Assembly (NCBI GenBank): GCA_013265495.1
Contig: MU058337.1
Location: 7,174,716-7,238,715, forward strand
Origin: Vicugna vicugna
Taxonomy: Eukaryota
Direction: 5' to 3'
Length of the DNA stretch: 64,000 nt
Shown: positions 34,691 through 47,668 of the stretch, piece by piece
Position numbering within the stretch: position 1 is the first letter of the stretch
Layout: each line of letters starts with the position of its first letter
Program-made: the position numbers and the translations under genes
The notes under the pieces: generated by a model
Database searches by the model: none
Told to the model about the DNA's origin: nothing
The model's input: the letters and a program-made list of their open reading frames with translations, nothing else

Positions 34691-35499
34691 TCGGGGATGG
34701 CAGGGGCCTTGCAGGCAGTCTGGAGAAGCCCTGTGTGTCAGGCGCCGCCATCTCAAACCTGATCAAAGGCAATAAACGGGAGAGAGCCTGGGCCTCCCGG
34801 GGCTCTGAGTTTTGTCGGTGAGGACAAAGCCCACCTCCGGCCGCTGCAGCCTGACCACGTGGCTTTCGTCCCCCTTTCCCGAGCCCTGCAAACCTCTGGC
34901 CATTCAGAGCCTGCGGAGTTTATATTTTAAGTAACATCTGGCTTGTTCTAATAAGACTCAGAGGCTCCATAGATGTGTTTAAAGGCTCCAGAGGAGCAGG
35001 AGCAGGATCTGTTAGGTTGCTGTTCTAGTGCCCTTTAAACAGACAGCCTCTCACTTCTTAAGGAAGAAAGTTCTGGAGGCCACTGTGGGGCCCTGAGGGC
35101 ATCCCACGGGTGTGGGAGGCCTTTGTGCCTGGGGACTGTCCTGTCCTAAGGGCCGGGTCAATAAAGTGTTTCCCTTAACAGTTTCCATTTCATCCGTGGC
35201 TCCAAAAGGTTCTCTGACCCCAGTTACCACAGAGAAGGGGGAAGGAGGGGCTGCCGGCTGTCACAAACCTCAGGTTTCCCCAGCTTTGCAATTGCTGAGA
35301 AAGGTGTCCAGAGCCCTTCCCTAAACTGTGCCTTTGGGCAGAGGTGACACTCTCAGCTGCCCCCTGCTGTTCAGCCGGATTTTATCTTAGTTTTGAGACA
35401 ACTATTCAACAAGTCTTACCTGGATCCTTGGTCTGGTTTATAAACCTGCAAAGAATCCTTAATATGTCCCACTCAGCTACTAGAAGTTACAACGCGTGT

Positions 35500-35811
35500 G
35501 TGTCCAGTAAGTACTAAAGCCCTTCGACAGGCAGCCGGGGAGGGAGGGGGCCCTCATGATGGAATGTGTGCTTTTAGAAAAAGTAAGAGCTCTCTCCCTT
35601 TCCCTCCCCTCCCCCTCCCCTTCTCTCTCTACCGACCCCCGACCCCCAGGCAGCCAGCTGCAAGCCAGGAAGAGAGGCCTCACCAGAAACCAACACTGAT
35701 GGCATCTTGATCTTGGACTTCAGCCTCCGGAACTGTGAGAGAATAAGTTCCTGTTGTTTAAGCCACCCCGTCTATGGCATTTTGTTAAGGCAGCCCCAGC
35801 TGACTAATACA
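35500..35811 (+). mobile_element. MLT1A-like MaLR LTR
   Basis: gcaagccaggaagagaggcctcaccagaaacc...ttaagccacccc...gcagccccagctgactaataca. Confidence 0.8.
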
Positions 35812-36769
35812 GAGTCCAACCGTCCTTGTTTGTCAGGGACTGAGGGAGTTCCAGGGACGGTCCTGGGCAAACTGGGACGAGTTGGTCAGCCTCATTCATG
35901 AGACAATGCACTGAGGTGCTTGGTCTTCCTACAGCACATGGCGTGTAGTAAGGGCTTATGAATACTTGCAATGACTGTTCATTCCTTCAGGGTAAGCACG
36001 CACTGCTTCTGCGTTACTGTGCTCAATGCGGTTTAATATGCTAGGACAAAACACATCAGCCTGACCTTGTGGGGTTGACAAGTGTTTACTGAGCACCCAG
36101 GCCAGATCATCGGGGCTAGCTGTGATGGGTTTACATGAGACTGTGTCAGGATGGTAGGTCAAAGGTCAGGCAGTGCTAGGCTCTGGGGAGGCAGTCCTCG
36201 GGCCCTTCCCTCTGCTGTCCCCCAGCAGAAGCCACCAAACAAGGTGGTCACCTCGGTTGCCCTCCGTCTCTAAGAAACAGAAGCCTGAGAAGCTGGGTAG
36301 CTCTGGGGCTGGGTCAGATGCCCACAGATGTTTTGCCAAATGTCTCTGGGACAAGCCCAGCCCAGAACTTCACTTTTGACTGAGCAAGGGCATTGCCAAC
36401 TGCCCGCCTGGAAGTTCCCCAGCTTGGCCACAAGATGGCAGAAGAGAACATGCTTAGGAACAGGGAAACCTGCCAACAAAAGGCTTTTGTAAATGTCACA
36501 AATATCTTTTTAGGAATTTTTCACAAATGTGCATCAAGAGTCCTTGCCAGATACTGTGTATTTATATTTCTGGAAGTTTTGTTCTTGGGACTGGCATTAG
36601 TGGACCTCTGTTCTCTCTGGAACTGAGGTACAGATTCCAGCAGGGGTCGCTGTTCCTCGGAATGGCACCAGGCAGCAGGTGGAAGCAACGGGCTTTGTGT
36701 GAGTTGGGAGAGGAACATGCTAATCAGGTACTTCCTACAAGCCAGCCTTTGCACCGGTTAACATAGATC

Positions 36770-37160
36770 CTCATCAACTCACTTATTTGTTCAACACATC
36801 TCAGTTTTCTAGGCATTGATATAGGCCAGATAGACTTGGGTGTTGCTAAGTGCTATGAAGCAAAAACAGAGTAAGAGGTAAAGGCTGGTATCTGAGATGG
36901 AGTGGCCAAGGAGGGCCTCTCTGAAGAGGTGACATTGGAGCAGAGACCTGAATGGAGTAAGGGTGCAAGACAGGGGAAGAACATTCTGGAAGGGGTCTCA
37001 ACAAGGGTGGATGCCTAAGATGGAAATATGGTTGGTGTGTTTGAGGCTCTTGTGTCTGGAGTGTGGTGAGCGAGGGATGAGTGAGGTGACTCGGACTGAT
37101 CCTGGGAGGCCATGACAAGATGTTGGGTTTTGCCCTGTGTGTGTTGGGAAGCTGTCAGAC
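36770..37160. mobile_element. L2 LINE fragment
   Basis: ggcctctctgaagaggtgacattggagcagagacctgaatg. Confidence 0.6.
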
Positions 37161-38899
37161 AGGGTTCTCAACGCGGGCTGCTCCTTAGAATTATCTGAGG
37201 AGCTCTAATCAATGCCTGGGCCTTCCTACCCCATGGAACCAGAGCTCTGGGGTTGTAGCCTGGGCATCTGGTTTTTTCTAAATGCTCCCAGCGGTTACTA
37301 GCAACCAACGTTGACATGGCAACATTCGATATCACGTGAGAGCACAGTAAAAACTGCCAGAACACGATGCAAACACGATGATTAGTGATAATCTGTGCCT
37401 TTTGGGAACAACATTGGATTTAGTTAAGTTCGCGGAAGCGTGGCATGGGTCACTGAGGACAGATATTTAAAACTATGAACTTTTAAGTTGGAACTCCTGT
37501 CTCCTAAATGAATCTTTACCAGGGAAAATGCAATTTCTAAAGCATCATGAGTCATTAGAAGCTGTGACGACTGGCATAATAAGTAGGGTGATACAGCTCA
37601 AACCCGGGCATGTCTCTGTTTCCATAAATTTGTCAGGTGTGTTTAGATGTAAACTTCTCCAGGGCAAGGTTTGGATTTCCTGTGGCTGTTGTTTATAACA
37701 AGCATGATGAGAGGCTGGTGGTCACATCCCCATAAACTGCAAAACACCTCTCACAGCCTCTCCCTCCCTGCTGGTCCTTCGTTCTCTTGTTCTGCTCATA
37801 TTGGCATGTGCCCTGCTGAAGGCATCAGTGGAAATAAGAATGCTAATTTTATTGAGCAAACACATGTTGACTTTGACTTGAAAAAAGATGTGTTGGGAGT
37901 CTCCTAAGGAACATCCTCAGCAGTGTCTGGAATCCTGACACAGTCCTGTATCATTTTTACATCATTTTCTCAAGGAAGGTGCGCCAGCCAAGGTCAACGT
38001 GCCTTGCATAAGCTTTGACATATCAGCACATCCACATAGAGAAACTTGGAATATTAGAAACAAATGCCCTGCTTGGACCCCATTTTGTTGCAAAATTAAG
38101 TGTGATGGAGTTCTCTCATGGCCTGAGTTGGGGTCCCCATCTCTGCCCTGGTAAGATTGGAACATTCCCTCCGTTTTTTTTTTTTTTTTTTTGAAGTAGA
38201 GTTGATTCACAATGTTGTCTTAGTTTCAGGTGTGCAGCAAAGACATTCACTCCATTTGCTGCTGCACTCTGCCAGCCTCTGTTCTGGACCATCCTTCTTC
38301 CCAGCCCTTCTCCTCCAATCACTGGGCAGCAAAATCCCCCCGGGCTTATGAAGCCAGAGAGCATAGATGCTGAAATTGACATTTCACACCTTCAGGCTCA
38401 AAGTTGAAATCCACTTGGATAAAAATCAAACATTAATTAGGTGTGGCGTTTAGTAGTGATTAAGTGCATGTGAAGTATTCTGACTGGTCTTTGAAATTTC
38501 TAACTCTTTGCAATTGAAAAAAATCACGCAATGGTAGACTCTAAATGATGTGGTTTTGGCAGCAGAGATAGGAAACTTTGCTGCACTAGCCCTCCCTTTG
38601 TTCTTCTCCAGTAAATGGTGGCGGTGGGCTTTCAGGTCACATTCTCTTAATCAATAGCTTGACAAGACTGTGTGCAGAGTGGCTGGTCGCCTGGCCCCTC
38701 AAGTTTATTTTCACAAAAGGGAGGTAAGGCACCCAGTCAGCTTCTCACTAGAACTTTGGGTGCTTGAAATCTGCCCACACCCATCTGTATCAAAATGATT
38801 GTCCAATCTTGAATACTCTGTACCACTTTAGTATATGTTATAGTTTCTTTGAAAAGTCAAGTCAGTACATGCGAAGTCTTTACACTTTTTAGAGGCAAA

Positions 38900-41050
38900 G
38901 ATCTCTACAAGACTTGTTTTGAAAAAGAGCAATCCACCATTTTCCCTGCTCCGGCCAATTCGCACTCCCTAGAGGCACAACTTTGAACTGTTTCAAATAA
39001 TCTCATTGTACATCTCCAAACAGCATGCTTATATGACTACTTGTTGGTTTCTCAGTTTTCAACTTTATATACTAACTTCCTACTGTAGATGATGAGAATT
39101 TAACTCTTCTTTGCACACACCCTGCCACTCACACCAGCTGCAAATGCACACTTACATAGGATGAGGGGGTCCCCATCCTCCGAATACACTTTTATAGTGA
39201 CTTGACTTAGACTAATATTCACTGTTACATTGTTATGCTCAGGTAAGAGCGATTTTCACATAAGCAACATGGTTGCTGTGATTATTTTTTCGTTTGGTTT
39301 CCCAGGAGTTAATCATTGTCTTTTAAATTTGTTTACTTTTCTGTATATTTTTACTAAATCAACCTCCAAATCTTCCTTGGTTTAGCAAATCTCCTCTCGA
39401 TCTGATCAAATACACTAGATGTTACATTGATTTCATCACCGTAAAGAAGATTCTCCTGGAACCTTCTGAGGGACTCCAATCTGGAGGCCAGAAAGATCCC
39501 TTTAAAACTGTCTTGGGGGCTTCCTTCACCACTCTGCCTCCTGTATTGTGTATCCCATGTCATCTTCTTTTCCAGATACATTCCTTTTTTTGGTGGGTCA
39601 CTTTTCCATAGGAGCTTGCTGAGCAATGAAACATGGGAGGAAATGTTTTCTAGGGTCTTGAATGTCTGAAAAGGTTTTTATTCTGCTCTCCCATCTGATT
39701 GACACTCAGCTGCTGTAGAATTCCAGTTGGAAGCCATTTTCCCTGGGGATTTTGAAAGCATCACTCCATCATTTTTGTTGCTTTCAATGTTGCTATTGAA
39801 AAGCCCAAGCCATTCTGCTTACTGATCTTTTGCATGAAAAAGTTCTTTTCTTGTAGAATCATCTCTTGGCTTCTAGTGATTGAAATTTCATGGTGACCTA
39901 CGTTGGTGTGGGTCCATTTTTATGCATTATGCTAGGCACTCAGTGGGCCCTTTTGATCTGGGATGCATGTCCTTGGATTCTGGGTCATTTTCCTGAATTG
40001 CATTTTAATTCTCTCCCCTCCATTTCCTCTGGTCCCACTAGAGCTCCTATTAGCTAGATGTTACTGCTTCTTGACCAGCCTCTAATTTTCTTATCCTCTC
40101 TCCCATTTTTCTTTTTGTTTTACTTGTGAGAAGCCTTCAACTTATTTCCCAAATTCCCTCATTTATTTTTCTTCATTCCTGCCCACTTTCATCCCATCTT
40201 TTTAATTATCTGAATTATTATTTTCAATAGCATCCAGCTTGTACTTCCTGATGACACTCTTCTCTCTAAGGTTTAGACCACGCCCATGGGGATTTTGAAC
40301 TGTTCTTCCCCTGTAGAGTCTCCATTCCCTCCAAGTTGCTTCTCCTCGAGTGTTTTATGATTCTTGGCTGTCTGCTCATATTTAAGAGGAGGGGTCTGAA
40401 AAGCTGCTTGGAAGTTCCATGCACAGGGAAATCTGGATGAGCCGTTTTATTGCAGAAACCCAGAAGGTGGCATTTTTAGATTTTTTTAAAGTAATCCAGA
40501 CCAGAGGGTGACAGCCAGACTGTCCTGAACTCTGAATGGGGTGGAGGAAGGAGGAACTTAGTGTTCAGTGTGTGAACCTTTTTTAAGCCCCATCCCCATT
40601 TGTGCCAGCTGTCCCTGAGCCCTTGACCCTTGGCTTTGCCCTCTCCAGAGACTAAACCACCAGGGAGGTTGGGCAGGAGATGTACCCTGCTGGGCAGGAA
40701 GAGGGGCTGCTTACCGATTCAGTTCCACTGGTTGTCCCACTCTCATGCCTGCTTCCTAAGGTGCTAATGTTGCTCATTCCTAAGATGCGTGTGCGTGTGC
40801 ACATGTACGTGTGTGTGCAGTTGGAGTTATTTTATAGCTTCCTTACCACTGGTTTTGGATCCAGTGCTCTGAATAGGCTAAGTTACTTACCACCCATCTC
40901 GCTGCTTTTCAGCTTCCAAAATTGTCAATATTGTCTTCTCTCCAATTCTTGTGAGTTTATACATTTAAAAATTTTTTTTCACCATCTTTACTGTCATTTA
41001 ATGAAGTTAAGGGGGGAGTAGATGTAAGTATTTATATTCAGTTCTCATCT
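38900..41050 (-). mobile_element. Highly degraded ancient L1 (L1ME-like) fragments
   Basis: ORF1-region antisense motifs (gaatgtctgaaaagg; tgttgctattgaaaagcc; gcactcagtgggcccttt); boundaries approximate. Confidence 0.5.
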
Positions 41051-41260
41051 CTATCCAGAAGTCCTCAGGGTAGCCTTCTTCTGACTGGACAGACTGAAAG
41101 AAGAGCTATCAGGGGGACCTTGTTTGAGATAATTGGGAACTCTAGCAGGAGAGGAACTTGAAGAAGGTAGGGGAGGAAGAAGGACCAGTGGAGGGATTTG
41201 AAGAAATGAGAGCCAGGAGGGAGAGGAAAAAACTGCTTAGGGCACTGTTTGGTCAGGGCC

Positions 41261-41709
41261 TGTTGTGGGCTGAACTGTGTCCCCCAAAAGATATGCTGAA
41301 GTCCTAACCCCTGTTTCCTATGATTATGACCTTATTTTGAAATAGGGTCTTTGCAGATGTCATCCAATGAAGATGATGTCATACCAATTAAGATGAGTCT
41401 CTTATAAGGACACCCCAATATGGTGGGTGTCCTTATAAGAAAAGAAGACAGAGAGACACAGAGGGGAGAGGACCATGTGGTGATGGAGGTAGGCTGGAGG
41501 GATGCAGTTACAAGCCAGGGATGCCCAGGCCTGCTCGCAGGCAACACTAGAAGCTAAGAGAAATGCCTAGAACAATCTCTCCAGAGCCTTCAGAGAGGCA
41601 CCTTGATTTTGGACTCTCAGACTCCAGACCTGGAAGAGAATGAAGTTCTGCTCTTTTAAGCCACCCAGTGTGTGGCAATTTGTTATGGCAGCCACAGGAA
41701 ACTCATCCA
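41261..41709 (+). mobile_element. MLT1 (MLT1B/C-like) solo LTR
   Basis: tgttgtgggctgaactgtgtccccc...aatagggtctttgcagatgt...gcagccacaggaaactcatcca. Confidence 0.85.
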
Positions 41710-43724
41710 GGCCCCCAGCAGAACAGATGGTACACTCAAAGCATGGAAATGAGAAGAGTCTGTAGGAACCATAAGCAAGAGCATCAGTGAGGCAGGTGGG
41801 ACCCGCGCAGCATGCTCAAGCTCCCAGATCTAGTAAAGACCTTACTGGTGGGAGACTCAGGGGGCAGAGGGAGGGAGCAGTTACTGGCACCAGAGAAGGC
41901 ACTCAGCTGTGGGAGAGGGCTGTGGTCCTTGATGGAGGAATGCAGCCAACCCAAGGCATCCTGGGAGAACAGATACCCTGACCGCCCTCTCCTCCCACCT
42001 CCCACTGGCTGAACCCAACCTGATGCCAGAGCAAAGAAGCCCAGTGGTGCAGTTCACGTATACAGCCTCCCGGGCAGAGAGCAGAGTGGACGTGGGCGGA
42101 GAATGGACTGTGGAGGGGGCTTATGGAAAATACTCCTGGGAAAAAATGGGGAATACGGTTTAGCCAATACCTTCTGAGAGAAACTGTTATTAGGCTGGAT
42201 ACCTAAGCAGCTGAAGTTAACCAGCGTCTTGGTCTCCCCAGGTCGAATGGGTCTTGGGGGGAAGGGGATGGCTTGGGGCTGGGACGTCATGCCTCAGATC
42301 CCAGGGGGCTGCTCCAAACTGCCCACACAAGCTTTGCCTGAGTTTTATTCCTGCCTCCGCAAAAGGTTACTGTGTCCAGGACTTCTCCTTATCAACTCAG
42401 GACTCCTCTCGAATTTCAGAGTTAGGCTTTAAAAAAAAGCAAAATGCTAGCATATTAGCATGGAAATCACTCAGACTCTTTATTACAGCATAAAAACCAG
42501 GACATTTAATATCCAAATGAAATCATGTGAATTGAAAAATATACCTTGGAAAAACCAAATTCCAGTTAAAAACTCGGAAGCCTGCTATGTCCTTTATCGG
42601 TTGTGGGGTTTTTGTTTGTTTTTTTGTTGTTGTTTTTATTTCAGAATTGAACTTTTTATAAAGTTTTGCATTGTTTGTCATATTTTGTGTTAATTCGTTA
42701 TTAGGGGACAATGAAGTTATTTTGGATTATTCATGTTCAGAAAATGAAAAAAAAATTTCTATTTAATTCTGAACTGCCTCAAGGGCCTGCTTTTACGGAG
42801 GTGTTTTATAAAACAGCTCAAGTCAACAGTAATCTATGAACCAAACATTTCCAAGGACAGAGGACTCAGAATTATAATAGTTCTGATACAGAACAAAACC
42901 ATCCATTACTATCCCTTTCTGCATAAGTAAAGTCTTTCATTCTCATTCAGTTGTAGAAATGATGAAGTGGTGGCCTCCCTGAGAAATGTAGAATGTTTTT
43001 CAATTAAAAGATTCATTTGAGGGAGAGGATTTTGTTTATAGACGATCATAACCAGATTAGTCAAATTAATGTAGCCATGTTGGAGAGGTGTCCAAGAAAT
43101 CATTTCCATACTGTAAAAGTTATCCTGAGCTTCCTGATTAACAGATTTGCACATATTAAACTGGTTAGAGCTGGGATTGTTCTGACCAAATGAGGTGACA
43201 GATCATTATTGCAAAAAAGAAATAACAAACACTACCATTTACTGTGTGCTCACCGAGCCTGACCCAAATGTATGAATTCGCTTCATCTTCACGACAGCCC
43301 TGTGCGGTGGGCTCTACTGTTACCCATTTCACAGGTGGGGCCCAGGCTCTGTTCCATGATGGGCCGTGTTTGGCCCACAGTGCTTTTCATCCTGGGATTT
43401 AAAAGGGATTTTCTCCCGTCTTGTGTAAAACAAAATCCGAGATTTGATTTTAAGAAAAGCTTTAGTTCAACGGTAAATTGATAAGAACCTGGATTACATG
43501 ATTGACCATGAGAGAAAAAAGAAGCCTTCAGCAATGAAGTCACAGATTCTCCCCCAGATGGCTTTGTGAAGTTAACACTCCCTACAAAAATACAAGTTTA
43601 TGTCTGATTAACTCTGGGAACTAGATTAACTAATTCTAAAGTTGATATGAACAAATAAACATGCAAGAATCCCAGGAAAACCCTAAACAAGAAGAACACT
43701 GAGGAGGCACTACCCTACAAGATA

Positions 43725-44125
43725 AAGTCAGGAACTGGGAAGAGCTGGAGATCTTACCCTTCATGTAAGCCAACAAGCTACCCCCGCACTGTTCCATGAG
43801 GCCGGCGAGAAGACATGAGACTCCCGGTAAGTCCAAAGCATCAGCATCATCAGCATTTTCCTGTGTGACTTCCCCAAGCCCTAGTTCCCACAGGTGACTT
43901 GAAGAGGGCCAGGTGGGTGGCATCAAGGGGGAGAAACCCTGCGCTCAGGAAGCCCACATCTTTTATAACAGGCAGGACCACGCCTGCCCTTTACTTCTGG
44001 GAGACACTGCGTCTAAGTTCCAAGGCTGTTTGGTATACACATATCCTTGGAAGACAGCCCAGAACAAAGGCATCTTTGGCTCAAAAGATGTGCAAAAATG
44101 CAAGAGACCCAAAGACAACTGTCTC
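43725..44125. mobile_element. Probable old LTR inserted within an L1 ORF2 remnant (about 43500-44400)
   Basis: Interrupts decayed L1 ORF2-like sequence; LTR-like composition; family uncertain. Confidence 0.45.
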
Positions 44126-44515
44126 TATAATTAAAACAGGGAATCTGGGTCATGAAAAGAGAAACAAATGGAATGGAATATAGAGTTCAACACAGACCCA
44201 AATATATGGGAATTCAGAATTTGATAAAGGTGTCATAGCAAATCATCGGGAAAAAAAAATGGACTTTTCAAGAAATGTTGTTAGGAAAATAGAGTGGTTA
44301 TCTGGGAAAAAATTAAGTTCGCTCCATATGTCATAATGTATTTCGAATCAGTTCCAAGTGAAGATTATTTAAATACTTAAAAAGTGAAACAATGTGGAAT
44401 TATGCACATCAAAGTAATGATGATATATACTACACTTCTGGGAAACTTAGCTTTATCTGCAATTTTCTAATTTTTTTAAAGGGTGGAGTGATAAAGTTAG
44501 AACATTGCCATTTTC

Positions 44516-45378
44516 ACATGAAAAAAATGCTCAATGTCACTAACTATTGGAAAAATGCAAATCAAAACTACAATGAGGTATCACCTCACGCCAGTCAGAA
44601 TGGCTGTCATTCAAAAATCCACAAATGACAAATGCTGGAGAGGCTGTGGAGAAAGGGGAACCCTCCTACACTGCTGGTGGGAATGTAGTTTGGTGCAGCC
44701 ACTATGGAAAACAGTATGGAGATTCTTCAAAAGACTAAAAATAGACTTACCATATGATCCAGCAATCCCACTCCTAGGCATATATGCAGAGGTAACTCTA
44801 ATTCAAAAAAATACATGACCTGCAATGTTCATAGCAGCACTATTTACAATAGCCAAGACATGAAAACAACCTAAATGTCCATCAACAGATGACTGGATAA
44901 AGAAGTTGTGGTGTATTTATATAATGGAATACTACTTAGCCATCAAAAGAGCAAAATAATGCCATTTGCAGCAACATGGATGGATCTGGAGATTGTCATA
45001 CTAAGTGAAGTAAGCCAGAAAGAGGAAGAAAGATACCATATAAGATCACTTATATGTGGAGTCTTAAAAAATGACACAGGTGAACTTATTTACAAAACAG
45101 AAACTGACTCACTGATAGAAAACAAACATGTGGTTACCGGGGGTAAAGATGAGGGTGGAGGGATAAATTGAGAGTTTGGGATTTGCAGATACTAACTACT
45201 ATATATAAAATAGATAAACAGCAAGGTCCTACTGTATAGCACAGGGCACTATATTCAATACCTTATAATAGCTATAATGAAAAAATATGAAAATGAATAT
45301 ATGTATATATACATATGACTGAATCACTATGTGGTACACCAGAAATTAACACAATATTATAAACTGACTTCAGAAAAA
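44516..45378 (+). mobile_element. 5'-truncated artiodactyl L1 (ORF2 C-terminus plus 3' UTR)
   Basis: [44 protein letters not shown] (CCHC knuckle), broken by stops; A tail at about 45375. Confidence 0.93.
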
Positions 45379-45451
45379 AAAACCACCTGAATGACCAGTT
45401 AAAGCTGACATTAATAAGGGTGCTAAAGCCACTGGATGAAAGTCTGAGGCA

Positions 45452-45850
45452 TGTGACAGTTAATTCCATGTGTCAGCTTGGCTGGGCCAGATATTTAGTG
45501 AAACGCCAGTCTAAGTGTCACTGTGTAGGTATTTTTTAGACCAAATTAGCATTTAAATCAGTAGACTGTGCGTATAGCAGATTATCCTCCATAGTGGGGG
45601 TGGGCCTCATCCAATCAGTAGAAGGAAGTAGGAGAAAGAGACTGACATTCTCAGAGGATGTGGGATTCTGCCTCCAGCCTCCTAGTCTGTCCTGAAGATT
45701 GTGGACGCAACAGCCTCCACAGCTGTGTGAGCCAATTCCTTAAAATCAATCTCTCTCTCTCTATGTGTATGTATGTGCACATGCACATGCAGGCACACAC
45801 ACACACACGTCCTATTGGTTTTGTTTCTCTGGGGAACCCTGGCTAATGCA
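45452..45850 (+). mobile_element. MLT2 (ERVL) solo LTR with internal (CT)n/(CA)n
   Basis: tgtgacagttaattccatgtgtcagcttggctgggcc...gtgggcctcatccaatcag...ggaaccctggctaatgca. Confidence 0.82.
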
Positions 45851-45882
45851 ATATGTCCCCACAATTACTTTATTAATTGCAG

Positions 45883-46018
45883 GAGGGAGGGTAGGGCTGA
45901 GTGGTAGAGCGCATGTTTAGCATGCTCAAGGTCCTTGGTTCAATCCCCCATACCTCCATTAAAAAGAATAAATAAATAAATAAACCTAATTATCCCCCCC
46001 AAAAAAAGTTTAAAAAAA
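45883..46018 (+). mobile_element. vic-1-like SINE
   Basis: gagtggtagagcgcatgtttagcatgctcaaggtccttggttcaatcccc plus A-rich tail. Confidence 0.85.
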
Positions 46019-46059
46019 TTCACTAGTTGCAAAAGGAGAAAAAGGAATTTTGCAATGGA

Positions 46060-46662
46060 GAGAGCTGGAGGGTAGTTCCTTATCTGAATAGTCACCAATA
46101 CTGAAGGAACCAGCATCCATGCCCCAAGGCGATGTGCTGAGAAGAATCCAGCAGCATCTATGTAGATATCTTGACAAAACTGAACAACCCTATTCTAATC
46201 AAGAGGAAATCTGATTGTAATCATGAGGAAACAATCAAAGCTAGAATGGAGGAACATTCTACAAAGCCCATGGCCTGTCCTCTTCAAAAGTGCTTATGGC
46301 ATTGAAGACTGAAAAAAAGGGCGGAGGAATGGTCCTGTTGAAAGGAAAGTAGAGTCATGACAACTAAATGCAAATCACAAGCCTGGACAAGATCCTGGAT
46401 TAGGAGAAACAAATTACTATAAAGGCTATTACTGGCCATTTGGATAGATACTAGAATGGCATTGCTATGAAATCTCCTGACTTTGACGAATTGTACTGTA
46501 GTTAGGTAACAGAATGTCTTTGTTTTTATGAGAGAAGGGAAGAGAGAGAATGAAAGCAAAAAGAAAAATTGGAGAATTCAGGTGAAGGGTCCATGGATTT
46601 CATTATACTATTCTTGTAACTTTCCTGATGTCCGAGTTTTTTTCAAGATAAAAAGTTTAAAA
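46060..46662 (+). mobile_element. Ancient L1ME-like 3' fragment
   Basis: ggaacattctacaaa; agtcatgacaactaaatgca; actattcttgtaacttttc. Confidence 0.6.
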
Positions 46663-47668
46663 TGGAAACCCAAGTACTGTAAATATTTCAATCAAATATT
46701 AATAAACCTGCTTTGGAGAGACATACATAGAAAGATTTCCAATTCGTTTAATTATATGGCAAAATTTTTGAGCCATCACACCACTATTCTAGGCATGTAA
46801 TCAAGATGGAGTAAGGTTACTGTAACAGTAAGCTGTCCACTTGCCCGCCCCCAGTTGCCCACTGTGAGTCCTCCCGGGATCCTCACTCCATGTAACTGAT
46901 GGAATCGGTATCAGTTCAAAGCCAGGTATTAAGCAGCTTGGTACAAGAGCTGTTTTTTAGAATGCCTGTGCCACAGGGCACTGGTCTCAAAAACGAACTT
47001 TAGGGGGCTTCATTGTAGCGTGAGCTGCAAGACCGACATTGTCACAAGCTCTTGAGTTCACCACTCCTTCAGCTATTTTGATTACCCTTTGACCTTTGCC
47101 TTCATTGTCCTTTACTCACCCCCACCCAGCCCCAACTTCCCCATGGACCCGTCATTTAGAACTGTGTAGACTCAGTTTGAGGGTGTCCTCTGTGACACAG
47201 ATGCACTGAATGTTTGTTTTGGTTGAACAGGAGTGACCGAGTGTTAAAATCAATACCCAGTTGATGTTGAAGCCAAATATCAAAGACTCAACTTCATGGG
47301 CTACAAAGATAAATCTGAAATATCATCAAAAACTATGTAATTATTTTTTTTTACATTTTTTATTGATTCATAATCATTTTACAGTGTTGTGTCAAATTCC
47401 AGTGTTCAGCACAATTTTTCAGTCATTCATGGACATATACACACTCATTGTCACATTTTTTTCTCTGTGATTTATCATAACATTTTGTGTATATTTCCCT
47501 GTGCTATACAGTGTAATCTTGTTTATCTATTCTACAATTTTGAAATCCCAGTCTATCCCTTCCCACCCTCTACCCCCCTGGTAACCACAAGTCTGTATTC
47601 TCTGTCCATGAGTCTATTTCTGTCCTGTATTTATGCTTTGTTTTTGTTTGTTTGTTTGTTTTTGTTTT

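Noticed and set aside
40787..40818. Z-DNA-like tgcgtgtgcgtgtgcacatgtacgtgtgtgtgca tract
   Set aside because: Ordinary degenerate (TG)n microsatellite within old repeat sequence
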